Source of the DNA: Octopus vulgaris
Taxonomy: Eukaryota
Direction: 5' to 3'
DNA: 64,000 nt
Assembly: GCA_951406725.2 (NCBI GenBank)
Contig: OX597833.1
Span: 40,610,001-40,674,000 of the forward strand
The notes under the pieces are model-generated. The model did not search any database and was not told where the DNA came from. It worked only from the letters and a program-made list of their open reading frames with translations. A program made the translations under genes and the position numbers. This document shows positions 1-12,719 of the stretch, piece by piece. How positions within the stretch are numbered: the stretch's first letter is position 1; every line of letters starts with the position of its first letter.

Positions 1-285
1 GGGTGGGGTGAAGGTGTGTATATGTTTGCATAGAACAAGAAGGAGAAAATATCATAGTGAGTTCTAGAAGTAGAGTTATATTTTATTGGAAGCTGGAACT
101 TTGCAGATTGTTACTCTGAGATTCGCATGCCCAGTTGTTGAACAATAGTGAAAAAGGAAAAGTAGAACATTGGAGAGAAACAATGGTTTCAAATTTTGCC
201 ACAAGGTCAACAATTTAAGGGGAGGGGTAAGTTGATTTCTTCGATCACAGTGTTCAGCTGGTACTTATTTTATTGACCACTAAAG

Positions 286-661
286 TCCAACCCCCTCCTC
301 AAAGTGGTAGGGTGGTGTAAACGAGCAGTGCCGTCAGGAACTTCGGTTCCTGGTAGGGTCACCCAAGGCGGATTGGTCTGGCACTGAGCGTATTTAGGGC
401 CACAGCCTGGCCAACGGGGCTCTGGTGAAAATTCCACGAGGCGTCTGATCGGCAACTGGCGGCTTCGAGGTTGTTCTGTCCCTGCGTCTGTGGAGACTCC
501 ACGGCAAACAGGGCATCTCGTCATTTGGGATATGCATGCAGAATGTCGGGGATTGCTTGTGAATTCAATATTCCCATGAAATTTCTTCTATGCCATCAGG
601 ACCAAAGAAGAAGCCGGCTCAACCTGCCCTGGGTGAACGCCGTCACAAGTACAAGTAAGTA
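286..661 (+). mobile_element. Young non-autonomous RTE-derived retroelement inserted into a SINE family B copy
   Basis: It splits the SINE motif (attgaccactaaag ... aaaggatgaaaggc) with a short AAAG duplication. It is GC/CpG-rich, has an (AAGT)n-like tail, and its 5' part resembles RTE/Expander 5' UTRs (ctggtagggtcacccaaggcgg). Confidence 0.6.
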
Positions 662-1081
662 AAAGGATGAAAGGCAAAGTCGACCTTAACAGAATTTGAA
701 CTGAAAGCATAAAGACTGCTAAACTTTTTGTCCAGCATGCTAACAAATCTGCCAACTCACTGCTTTTGCTGGGGGGAAATATTAAAACAAAAGTTAGAGT
801 AGTTTAAAAGTTAAAAGAGATTATTGATTGGGTGAAATTTGCCCCACAAAATTTGAAATGGAAAGTTTTTGTTGGATGATGAATATGACTGATACATTGA
901 TATGAAAACTATATGGATGTAAACATGTTGATATGTAGATATCATGGAGTGGGGGGAGGGAAGGATGGGAGAAGGAGAGGCAAAAAAGTGAGAGAAGAAA
1001 AGAAAACTATTGAAAAAGATTTTGCTCCTTTTGATCTTGTTTTTTCTTTTGATCTGTGTTCCTCACCCCCAACCCCTTTTC

Positions 1082-1199
<118 letters not shown>

Positions 1200-3844
1200 T
1201 TTGAGGTCAACGTGGAAAAAGACAATGACAACACATTCAATTCAGAAACTAAAATCAGCCATGAATTGATTTCTCAAACAAGACCCAGCATCAAATTGAT
1301 TTACAAAGTGTTACTTGAAATAACAAACAACTAAATACTAAAAGTCAAGTTTTAAAACTACTTTGTTTGGCCTGACAAGACATTTCGTTTGACTACCTTT
1401 AGTCAGTTTAACTGTTTATGAACAACCAATCTCATTTTACAGTCGAGTAGTTTTACATATGAAAATCAATCAAATCATAAACGCAAAATAAGAAATTGCA
1501 CTGCCTTCTTCTCCTCCTTTTCTTGGTCATTGGCTAACCTGATGTTTCCTAGTATCATCCTATTTGTTTATCCTTGATATTGTTCAACCACCAGTATTGT
1601 GGTCTTCTTACAGAGATAAATAAAATAGAGCTTAATGTAAATATTAAAAGCTTTTAAAGAAAAAAAATAGGGAGGATTTTTAAGTGAGGGAACACCTCTT
1701 GTGCTCAGTAACGTGCAATCAATAAACCATGAAATTGTTACTTTGTCATGGCAATGATCAATGATAAGGTTTTATTTTGAAGGTTGTGAGTTAGATATCT
1801 GGCAGTGTATCGAGTCCTTAAGCAAGATACTTTATTTCACATTGCTCCAGTCCACTCAACTGGTAAAAATAAGTTGTACTTATAATTCAAAGGGCAAGCC
1901 TTATCACAATGAATTTCTCAGAGAACTACATTGAGAGTATACATGTCTGTGGAATGCTCAGCCAATTTCATATTAATTTCATGAGCAGGTTTTTCCATCA
2001 ATTGGATCAACTGGAGCCCTCATTTTTATAATGGGCAGAGTCCCAGTTATATCTCTCTCTAGCTGAGAACCACAGTGCATATCCCAGCATAAAGCGGTCT
2101 ATTTTATGAGGTGTAGTGTTGCCATCTGGACATGTACTTTCTCCATTGTCCAGTCAAATTCTGCATGCCAGCAGATTCTGATGAGAAGAGGGACACTGCA
2201 TTGACAAGAGTCAATAAACTCGAAACATCGATGTCTCAGATTCCAGAGAGAGGACAACACTGAACAAACAGGCTGTTTTCACACCTTTTTATCATAAGAG
2301 AGGATTTTTCTCCCCTGTTACTGCAGTGTATTTGCCTTTAGCAGTTGAAATATTTAACAAACATATTTCAACTAACCTAAACTGTGATTATATGTAAACA
2401 CTGCTTTGCGCATTTACTCAGATATAAAAAAAAGATTTGATCAAAGTATAACAGTTGCAGTTTCTGTATACCTATAATCAGTGTGTATCCCAGTTCAGTA
2501 TTTAGGGCTAATGAGGTGATTGATACTGTAATATTTTTATTTGTATGCATCTTTATGTTTGGCTGGGTTAAGCGGGAGAGATAGTATTGAAGTAATGCTT
2601 TAGGATGTTGTACATATTATAGGGAATTATAGGGCAATTGTCCATGTAGTGACAGGGATTGTCAGAATTGATGTTAGATACAACAAACTTTGCATGTCCA
2701 GGTGTTGTTCATTTTTAGTATTTTGGGCCTTGACATGTCAAACCGAGTGAAATCATAGTCATGGCTAGTACTGGTAACATGTAAAGAGCACTCATGCTGG
2801 TGACATGCAAAGAGCACTCAATACACTGTGTGGAGTGATTGACATTAGGAAGGGCATCCAGCTGTAGAAATCAACCCAAAACAGGCTGAAGCCCCATGCA
2901 GCTTTCCAGCTTACCAGCCCCAGTCAAACTGTCTTATCCATGCTAGCATGGAAAACAGATACTAAATGATGAAAATGACGATGATGATATGTAGGTGGTC
3001 TGTATATAATCTGTGAAGATGTGTCATGCATTGTTTTGTGCTCTTTGAGAATGATTGTGGTTTGTTGTGGAGAAATTGGGGCCCTAGACATGACAGGTAG
3101 AGTTCGTGATGGATCTAATACAGCATTTACAAATGACTTGTTATTTTCAATTGGACAAATGTGTTTTCATTGAAAGCTCCAGGTCTGCTTGTATCTTGTA
3201 TTGATTTCTGTATGTTATCAAAGTACGCAGTGAATGTTTACTCAAGGATGAAGTTGACTCCCATAGGACATGAACTAAGAAGGATGAAAATGAAACTAAA
3301 TATTGTAGTGTTTAATCAATTTAAAAGTGTTTTCTAATATTCGTTAGGATGGAAGATAAAGTGACAAAAGCAATAAAATGATAAATTGAATATTTTTCAG
3401 TGTTTCATTTTATTCTTGCTTTCTGAGTGGCAGACACATAATCACAAAAGCACAAATTTCACAACTTGTGAAGTAAACACAGCCATGTCACTCAGCACAT
3501 TGCTTCATGACGGTCACTGCTAGCTCTCACTGTGCACACAACCATGTGTTGCCATTTGTTAGCCCCTACAAAACTAACCTGGGAACTTTTTGATATCACC
3601 TCAAAAATAAATTGACACCCCTCATTAATCTGTTTCTTTTGTGTAGATACTACTCATTAGTTCAATACCTAAATAATCTAAATCATTTATGAGTTTCTAA
3701 TGATTTAAACTATATGTAATCCCACTGCAAGACACCTTGGGTAAGTATCTTTTATCAAGTTGTGTAAATGAAGTTAGATGCATGGAAACTGAATGTATCA
3801 GTCATTCATATAACTGGTTTTGTCATACAAAGTATTGTACTCTT

Positions 3845-4260
3845 TACTCTTTTTTTACTCTTTTTACTTGTTCCAGTCATTTGACTACGGCCATGCTGGA
3901 GCACCGCCTTTAGTCGACCAAATCGCCCCCAGGACTTATTCTTTGTAAGCCTAATACTTATTCTATCAGATTCTTTTGCCGAACTGCTAAGTGACAGGGA
4001 CATAAATACACCAGCATCGGTTGTCAAGCAATGCTAGGGGGACAAACACAGACACACAAACATAGATACACATATAAATATATATATTTACGCATATACA
4101 ACAGGCTTCTTTCAGTTTCTGTCTACCAAATCCACTCACAAGGCTTTGGTCAGCTCGAGGCTACAGTAGAAGACACTTGCCCAAGATGCCATGCAGTGGG
4201 ATTGAACCCAGAACCATATGGTTGGTAAGCAAGCTACTTACCACACAACCACTCCTGCGC
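3845..4260 (-). mobile_element. tRNA-derived SINE family A (internal TA/CA microsatellite, gtaaaaga tail)
   Basis: The head has A/B-box-like ggctgtgtggtaag...ggttcagtcc. Near-identical copies lie at 14147-14590, 14774-15198, 24235-24975, 25205-25546, 27815-28250, 32440-32886, 35155-35522 and 42508-42881. Confidence 0.85.
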
Positions 4261-4772
4261 ATATTGTGTTGAATTTATCTTAGGATTAGGTTAAAGGGAA
4301 AAGTATTTGGGAATACACAAACACTTCATAATATAAGAATGTAGGTTCTGTTGATGGAACAGTTGGGAAACTCATCATTAAAACTAATTATCAAGATTAT
4401 GAAGGCAGCAAGCTTGAAGAATTGTTACCATGCCACACAAAATGTTTACAGGGTTTAGTAGATCACTTTACATTCTGCGTTCAAATTCTGCTGAGATTGA
4501 CTTTATGTTTCTTCCTTTTGGGGTCAATTAAATAAGTACCAGTTGAGCCCCGAGGTTGATGTGACCAACTTACCCTCTCCCTACAAAATTTCAGGTGTTG
4601 TGCCTATAGTAGAAAGGATTATCAAGATTATTTTCTCTAAAAGTTATGGATAGTACTAGTGGTAAAGGTGGTAACCTACAGCAAAAAGACAAAAATCAAA
4701 AACAAAAAACAAAACAGGAAAATTGAAGAGAATATAAGTAAAATTGCATTAAAAAGGAAACAAATTACTTAC

Positions 4773-4795
4773 CAATAAGAATAATCAAAACAAAA
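4773..4795 (-). CDS. KIF28P: Kinesin-3 (KIF28P-like) micro-exon 5 (23 nt): FCFDYSYW
   Basis: aacag|TTTTGTTTTGATTATTCTTATTG|gtaagt. This is the kinesin-3 FxFDYSYW motif. The next exon (SHD...) was not found and is presumably left of the window. Confidence 0.9.
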
Positions 4796-5086
4796 CTGTT
4801 GTTATGAGATAATGTTCCAGAAATTTCCATGTTTTTTTTTTATTCAGAAGTGGGGTTTCAAAAAAAAAAAAAGAAAAAAAGGAGAAAAAGAAACATTATA
4901 AGAATGATACCAAAGAAATAAATATTACAATATGATAATATTTTTCATTGTTGTTCCCTTTATCCTAATATTTTTTGCATCATCAGAATTTGGTTGAGTT
5001 TGCAATCATGATGGAAAGGAAAGACATTTAGACCAAACATATAAATATCCAGAAAACAATATTTAGTAATATCTTTAAGAATTTAA

Positions 5087-5130
<44 letters not shown>

Positions 5131-5135
<5 letters not shown>

Positions 5136-5283
5136 TAAATGAAGTTTAATGCAGGTGTAATTCAAATACGTTTACTTCCGACACATGTTTCGAAGATATC
5201 ACTGATTATCAGCGATATCTTTGAAACATGTGTCGGAAGTAAAAGTACTTGAATTACACCTGTGTTAAACTCCATTTATTTAT
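5131..5283. repeat. ~153-bp near-perfect palindrome (axis 5207) in a (TA)n-embedded element running to ~5430
   Basis: The arms aataaatgaagtttaa...ccgacacatgtttcg and tgaaacatgtgtcgg...ttaaactccatttatt are reverse complements. Confidence 0.9.
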
Positions 5284-5429
5284 TTATATATTATACAAAA
5301 AATTTCATGTAAACCCGAAGTTTCTACCTTTAAAAACATGGAGTTACAACCTCTTTACTTGTATGATTTTTTGCTACCCTGGTAATTATTTATCTATTTT
5401 TCCATGTTAATTGTTAACAAGGGAAAACA

Positions 5430-5494
<65 letters not shown>

Positions 5495-5771
5495 TGAGTC
5501 TGTAAAAAAATGTATACACACTTCATGAAAGGAAAAATTTGTATGAATATTTTAATTCAGTGTTATCACAATTTGATAAAACATTAAAACAAATATTTAT
5601 ATTTATAAAGGTACTTTTACAAGTTAACTATTTATACAGATTTTTCCTTTCCTGACTGCAGTCAAATGACTGAAACAAGTAAAAGTAAAAGAGTAAAAGA
5701 ATATATATATATATATATGTGAACATTTAGGACAAACTTATGAAAATGCTTTAGAAAGGTATTGGGTTTAA

Positions 5772-5991
5772 CCCTTTCGTTACCAACCTGGCTGAAACTG
5801 GCTCTAGCTCTGAGTACAAATGTCTCATTTTCATAAGTTTTGAATTAAAATCTTCCATCAAACCTTAGTCACAATTTAAGTTCCTAATACTAGCTGAATG
5901 ATAACTAAGTTATTTTACTAAATTCTTTGTTATATTTAAAGTAATTGAAAGAAATACAGAGCATCTCAAAATAAATACAATAACAAAAGGG
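5772..5991 (+). mobile_element. piggyBac-type MITE (220 bp)
   Basis: TTAA|CCCTTTCGTTA...TAACAAAAGGG|TTAA. Reverse-oriented copies lie at 20725-20945 and 21619-21838. Confidence 0.85.
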
Positions 5992-6426
5992 TTAAGGTAA
6001 GAAAGATCTATGTTTGACTCATTGTATCCTTCTGGTTATTGCCTTCATGGCAGAATATGTGGTGATTGTTGTTACACATTAGTGAACCCATAATGCATAA
6101 TGCTGAATAAAGGCTGAGATTCTTTCTTTGATTGATTCTTTTGTTAAACTTTTTGTGAAGTGAAGAGAGGCTATTTAATAATAATTATTTTTGCTATGAA
6201 ACAACTATGTCTGAAATAGTTTCTGTTTACATCACAAAAATAAAATGGTTGGACCAATCAATTTTATAATTTTTTTTTTCTTTTATTTCTCCTTATTCAA
6301 TTTTAGCTGTGCTATTTTTATATCTACAAGATAATCAGGCACTTACTTAGACTAATTACCTTGTAGTGATAAAAATAGAGGATTTAAAATTAAGTTACGA
6401 TGATGATAATAATAATAATAACAATG

Positions 6427-6457
<31 letters not shown>

Positions 6458-6829
6458 TGATAATAATAATAATAATAATAATAATAATCTTGAAAAGATT
6501 CAAGAATAAGAAAGAGGAATTGTCAAGCTGTCTGTAGTGTAATCAATAACACAGTGATTGATTGGTGGTTCATATTCCATCAAGGAGCTTGTTTCTCTTT
6601 TAATTGTACTTACAATGAAAATCTTATTATTAAATTCATTCATGATATGTATATGTGTTATATCTATGATACGTATGTGTTATAAGCTGGCAGGGTTGTT
6701 AGTATGCTGGCAAAAATGCTTAGCAGCATTTCAACTGGCTTTATGTTCTTTGTTCAAATTCCACCAAGGTTGATTTTGCCTTTTATTCTTTTGGGGGCAG
6801 ATAAAATAAGTACCAGTTGATATCACAAC

Positions 6830-8760
6830 TAAAACCATGCTATAGCAACACTTTCAGCTCTGATTTTTTTTTCTCATCTTTGTGAAAGTCCAAAAAGCCC
6901 AATTTTGGAATTGGATTTTCTGTAGATTTAGCATATTTAATTACGAGACAAATGACTTTGTGGTTTGCTTTGGTTGTAGTCTTTTTAAGATGGTTGATTT
7001 GGGATGCTAGAAGGAAATGCTTCAAAATACCTTTTTTAAAAGTCTCAAGGAAAACTCTGGTTAAATTTTGTAAACATTCTGGGTGGCAGTTATATAATCG
7101 TGGATCTTTATAAGTCATACTGTTGTTGTATAAGTCCTTGATGATGGAGTCTGAAGTAGAGCTTTTAGAATTCGACATGTCCTAAGACACATGTCTGTGT
7201 TTTCTAGTACGCTAGAATTTGGAGTAAGATCTTTAAGAACCTTCCACTTATATATGATGATATAGCATTCTTATTAGTGTTCCAGATAGTAGGGATAAAA
7301 AGTACGGTGGCATTTTCACTTGTTCAAGTTTCTGATATATTAGTTATTTGTTTTTTTTTTAATGCAGTTTGCAATCTCTCCAGTTGGCAGGTAAGACCTG
7401 GGCTGTAAGGTCACCAATATTGTGAAGAGTACTCTGACCTATGCAAAATAAGGGATTTTTAGCATCTCAGCATCACTGTCAGATTTCTTATAATAAAAAT
7501 TCTCAGTACTGAAACACTAGGCTCTCAATATGTTGGTGACTGTCTATGGTAGTCATGGTTAAACTGGTAAAGATAAAGGTCACCCTCTGGAGCCATACTG
7601 ACTGGTTTCCATGGCTTATAAATTCCCCATCTGGATGGGATGCTGGTCTATTGTTGGATTACTCATTTTTGCCAGCTGAGTGGATTGGAGCAATGTGGAA
7701 TGAAGTACTTTGCTCAAGAACACAATGTGTTGCCTAGTCCAGGAATTGAAACCACAATCTTACAATCACGAGTCCAACACCCTAGCCACTAAGCCACATG
7801 CCTCCACTTGTTAAACTGCAGCCTATGAGACTTTCTGAAAAATATGCCTAACAAAAAATTACCTTGATTCTTTCAGTAGTGGGGCCCACTTGCTGATAAG
7901 TCATGTCTCATGCAACTTGTTCATTGGAAAAGCTTGTCTATGCCTGATCTATGGTTATGTTTGGATAAAAAGACTATGATAAAGCAACGACTCGGTCATG
8001 AACATGTTCAGGGCTTCAAGCTGTTTCTTTGTTTGCGTTATGGCAGAGCATTTCATTCAGGATTTTCCTATAACAAGGATACAGAATCATAGGAAAATCC
8101 CTACAACATGGTATAATAATTAACCTCAATGAATGTTTTTCAGATTTTAACGAGATATCATGTTAAATTTTGTCAAAGGCTTTAGTGACATCAAAGAGTA
8201 CACACTCAACAAACAATCCTTCAGAATTTAGTTGTGCTTTTGTAGAAATTATAAATGACACTTTCTTCCAAATTGGGTATTTTCTTTATTTTTTCACCCT
8301 AATTCATAATTTATTAATTCATAATTTCTTAATTCATTACTACAGCTATAAGGAAAACCTGTAATAGAATTTTAAAATATGATTGCCAGTGTGTGACACA
8401 TTTGAATCCTAAGACTCAGTTTTCAGTCATGCAACAGTACTAATAATATAAGATATAAAAGTATTGGACATAGCCATTGTGTGATTAAAGAACAGAAAAT
8501 CAGAAATATTATTTAATATGGATTGTAAGCTTTCCGGATGCGCTTCAATCTTCTTAACTCACCACTGCTGTCTACCATGACTAAAAAGACAAACCATTCT
8601 TTAACTGGACACTGTTGTAATCAATAGAATGACCATGTTGATGTTTCAGATCAAACATATGATACATCAACTTGTCACACCTGACTAAACTGCAATCAAA
8701 ACTAATTAACTATTGACACATAAAACACTTGCTATTAATCCTTTGCCAATACAACACTTT
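6830..8760 (-). mobile_element. Highly decayed CR1/L2-like LINE ORF2 remnant interrupted by a SINE (7578-7808)
   Basis: An LDVTKAFD RT motif is present on the minus strand near 8170-8195, with many stops. Confidence 0.4.
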
Positions 8761-9826
8761 AAAAGAGTTGGAGATGGATGGATTGACATATAAGACACCG
8801 GCTACTAATCTTCTCTCATACAACCAACACTTTAATGGATTTGGAAATGGCAGATTGACACACAAGCCACTTGCTATTAATCTTCTTTCAACACTACACT
8901 TTAATGAAGTTGTACATAGTTGAAAGGGGATGGAAATATTTGGAAATATTTTGCTATAGATTTAAACATTATGCTGTTAGCATCATTGTTTCTATTAGCA
9001 TTAAGGCAATGAACTGGTAGGGCTATTAATATGCCAGGCAAAATGCTTAGCAGCATTTTGTCTCTTTACGTTCTAAGTTGAAATTCCACCAAGGTTGACT
9101 TTGTCTTTCATCCTTTCAGGGTTAATAAGATAAGTATCAATTGAGCACTGGAGTTGATGTAATTGACTCACCCCAACCCTGAAATTACTGGCCTTGTGCC
9201 AAAATTCGAAACCATTATTTTTATTAGCAATGTTGTTGTTTTTAGGAGTATGGAGTTGTAGAATTGGTAGTACAGTGGAATAAAATGTCTTACAGTTGGC
9301 AGATGGATCACACTACCTGGTTCAATACCACCTCCTGGACCATGTATGCCTTTAGCAGAACTTACTGTTAAAAGCATTTAGATCAGGCTCTCGACAATGG
9401 GTTGTTGTTATTTTAATCACATGGTGTACCTGAAACTCACTATCCTTTCCAATATATCCAAAAATTAATAATTTTCTCTTCTCTTGTCTAATATCCCTGG
9501 ACTCTGATCCACTTTAAACTTCCCCCATAATCCATTCACACATAAACTATACATCCTATTCCTCTCTGAGACACAAATCTCTCCTTTGTTATCCATACAG
9601 TGATCCTTTGACTATCACAAGTGTTACGTTCCAAAATCTCTCATAGAAATAATTAAAATCTAAACTAATATAAATATCTATCGGCTGCAGAAACCCACAA
9701 TATACTGAGGAGTCCACAATATAAATTTACATATATTAGTCAGAAAAATCTGTGATGTACTGAGTGCGTGAGAGGTGAATTGCGATATGGCGAGAGATTA
9801 CAGTAGTGCATCTCTTTTGTCTAGAT

Positions 9827-10127
9827 CAGCGGTTCCCAATTGTGGTCCATATAACCCCAGGGGTTCCTTAAACGATTTTTTGGGGTCTATGTGAGCAAAA
9901 GAGTAAATTGAGGATCCACAGTAGTATATTAAGGGTCTATGCTAAATTTCTTTCTCAAATCTTTTACATAGTTCAACCTACAAAAGTAAATGTATGGAAA
10001 ATAAAATAGGAATTTTGAAAGAAGTAACTATAAAATTAGTTTTTAAACATTGAATGGCTATAGGGGTTCACTAGAACAGAATAGTAATCAAAGGGGACCA
10101 TAGGTAAAGAATGTTTGAGAGCCACTG
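9827..10127 (+). mobile_element. hAT-Charlie-type MITE
   Basis: TIRs CAGCGGTTCCCAA / TTTGAGAGCCACTG, with a perfect 8-bp TSD GTCTAGAT at 9819-9826 and 10128-10135. Related fragments lie at ~11220-11472 and ~14030-14090. Confidence 0.88.
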
Positions 10128-10139
10128 GTCTAGATTAAA

Positions 10140-10760
10140 CACTTTATTTAAATTTCACCTTGAAAGGTGGTGTATGCACCTATGTAGATACCACTATCCC
10201 CATCACACATTCCTCTCACCTGGATATCACCTATAATGACTTCGTGTTACTTTGGCTTGGGATCTATCTTACTCACACTCCTAAATACATTCATCAACAT
10301 GGAGAATATGCCCCATCAATGAGGCTGGCAAAAATTGTGGTGGGGCATAGGACCAAAATGTTTTTCCTTTTTCTATTTTAGTGGAACATGGGACTGTGAA
10401 AATTTTTCTTTTCTTAGTCATTATTGTACATTTCTTTTTGTACTCAGTACTTAATAAAAGATTATTTTGTATTAAATAATTGTGATAAAATAAAAAAAAA
10501 AAAATGTTTTTTTCCAACCAACAATAGGGCTTACATTTTTCTGAAAAGTTATAGTGCGGTCTTGAGGAAAAATAGGTTGGGAAACACTGCTCTACATCTT
10601 TCCAAAACTCCACCAACCACCTAAAACTATTCGACCATACTTTTTCTTGTATCAAGGACATCTGCCTTATTGCACCCCTCTCCAATGTTATCATTTTCAG
10701 TGACTTCAACACTCACAACTCTTCTTGAATCTTAGGCTAATATCCTATACTGATGCTGTT
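10140..10760 (+). mobile_element. Decayed LINE AP-endonuclease fragment, interrupted by a Charlie-like MITE piece
   Basis: KGGVCTYV (10160) and VIIFSDFNTH (~10685-10715) resemble the GGV and GDFN motifs of APE domains. Confidence 0.4.
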
Positions 10761-12045
10761 GGTGCAGAAACTGAATCAGCAATAACTCTCAACTCTCTAC
10801 GGCAACAATTTTAATTCCCAGCATGAATACTTGTTTGATGCAGAGACACTCCAGACACCATTGATCTTTTCCCCACCTTCACTTGCTGACTCTACCAAGC
10901 CATCATTGTCTCTGATCAGGTTGTTCAAATACTGTCTTATCATAATTACATATATGCCACACAACACCCATGGAGAGTTCCATGCAAATAGTTATAGCTA
11001 TTATTATTATTGACATTGTTTAGCCCAAGGTCAATTGATAGTCAGCAGATCTATGATGAAAGGTGTTCAAATTATGACCTTTTTTTTGTTTATTCATCAT
11101 ATATTTATATAAATGTGTCTAGAAAAGCACTATTCAATGTTGCCTTCCTTTTTAAGATGTGTGATTTTTTTAAGGTGTGATTTAGAGAAAATGTAGTTGT
11201 TATTTCTAACAGACCATGAAGTGTTTCTCAATCCTTCTTTTACCAATAGACTCCTTTGGTTCCTATTTTACTTGGATAAACCCTCATAACCATTTGATGC
11301 TTAAAAAATCCTTTTATATTTTGATAATTGACTATTATTAGGAATTGTATTAAAAAAATTGTTCAAATTTTTTTGTATTGTAGAAAGAAAACCAATTAAT
11401 TGTACATAAATTTTATCAACAAAATCTTATATGGGCCCCCAAGGGCCATAAGGACCCCTGTTGAGAAGCACTGATGTAAAGGCTCCAAAATTGCATCGTA
11501 TTTTACAGTGGTACTGCATGGGTGCAGTGTCACATAAAAGAGCCCATGTAGTGTCACATAAAAGTGGTTGGCATTAGGAAGGGCATCCAGCTGTAGAAAC
11601 CTTGCCAAATCAGACAGGAGTCAGGTATAGCTCCCCAGCTTACCAGCTCTGGTCAAACCGTCCAACCTATGCCAGCATGGACAACAGATGTTAAATGATG
11701 ATGATGATAATGATTGTTTAGCCCCAGGTCAAACATAATAGAACAGAACTATGATCAAAGGCATTGCAGTAGCAACTATCTTATCTGTCTTTTATTTAGA
11801 CAAATTCTACCTAATTCTACATAATTCAATGCATCCTTCCATTTTAAAATGGTAATGTGTGATTTGGGGAAAATTTGGCCATAATTTCTAGCATTTTGAG
11901 TGACAATGTATCATAGTTTCCATTGTTGGCTTGTAAAGAAAAGATTGTCTACTTTCATATTGTTTTTCCTACCTTATCTTCTTTAAATAAAAACCAAAAC
12001 AAATTTTTTAAAAATATTAGAAATTAAAAAGAAATATTTACTTAC

Positions 12046-12062
12046 ACATTTGGGTGTTTCAC
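12046..12062 (-). CDS. KIF28P: Kinesin-3 (KIF28P-like) micro-exon 4 (17 nt): GETPKC
   Basis: tctatcattttcag|GTGAAACACCCAAATGT|gtaagt. It bridges phase 1 to phase 0 exactly as required between exons 3 and 5. Confidence 0.82.
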
Positions 12063-12161
12063 CTGAAAATGATAGACAGGAAAGCATACATGAGTAGAGA
12101 GTAAGGACTATAGTTGGTTCTACATTAAAAATATCACAACTGATTCAAACAGGGACACACA

Positions 12162-12231
<70 letters not shown>

Positions 12232-12412
12232 ACATCTAATGAAAACTAATATATGCACAGGACCTCAGATTTTGAGGGAATGAAAAAGTCCATTATATAT
12301 TCATATTTATTTTCATAGACATTCTAAGGCTTGTTAAGCACAGAACTATACTTTGCTAAGGAGATCTCATAACACCAAAACATGACTGTATGTATGCATA
12401 CATGCATGCATG

Positions 12413-12444
<32 letters not shown>

Positions 12445-12551
12445 CATGTATATCTATATAGGGTATTAAATTTTTACAAATTTATTACCAGTAGCCTAGC
12501 ATGCATAAAAAGTCAATAGACTACATATTATTCAATATAAAATAGTGTACA

Positions 12552-12706
12552 TTTAAAACCCAAAGAGAAATTACCAATAACAGGCAATTTCTACATGTTA
12601 GGAGACAATCAAAATGACTGATGACCACAGTGGTCTTCAGTCATTTTGACTATCTCCTAACATGTAGAAATTGCCTGTTATTGGTAATTTCTCCTTGTGT
12701 TTTAAA
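12552..12706. repeat. ~155-bp palindrome (axis 12629) in a microsatellite-embedded element (12460-12712); a second copy with one arm deleted lies at 13385-13612
   Basis: gagaaattaccaataacaggcaatttctacatgttaggaga...ctgatgaccac-a-gtggtcttcag...tctcctaacatgtagaaattgcctgttattggtaatttctc. Confidence 0.9.
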
Positions 12707-12719
12707 AATATATATATAT

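Noticed and set aside
4031-4228. Recurrent peptide LLSVSVYQIHSQGFGRPEAIVEDTCPRCHAVGLNPEP in many ORFs, resembling a gene family
   Set aside because: It is the antisense translation of SINE family A.
4600-4700. Strong minus-strand acceptor (ttttgctgtag|GTTACC) just downstream of exon 5 as a candidate exon 6
   Set aside because: It translates to WLPPLPLVLSI rather than the expected WSHD and runs into a SINE. At most it is a cryptic site.
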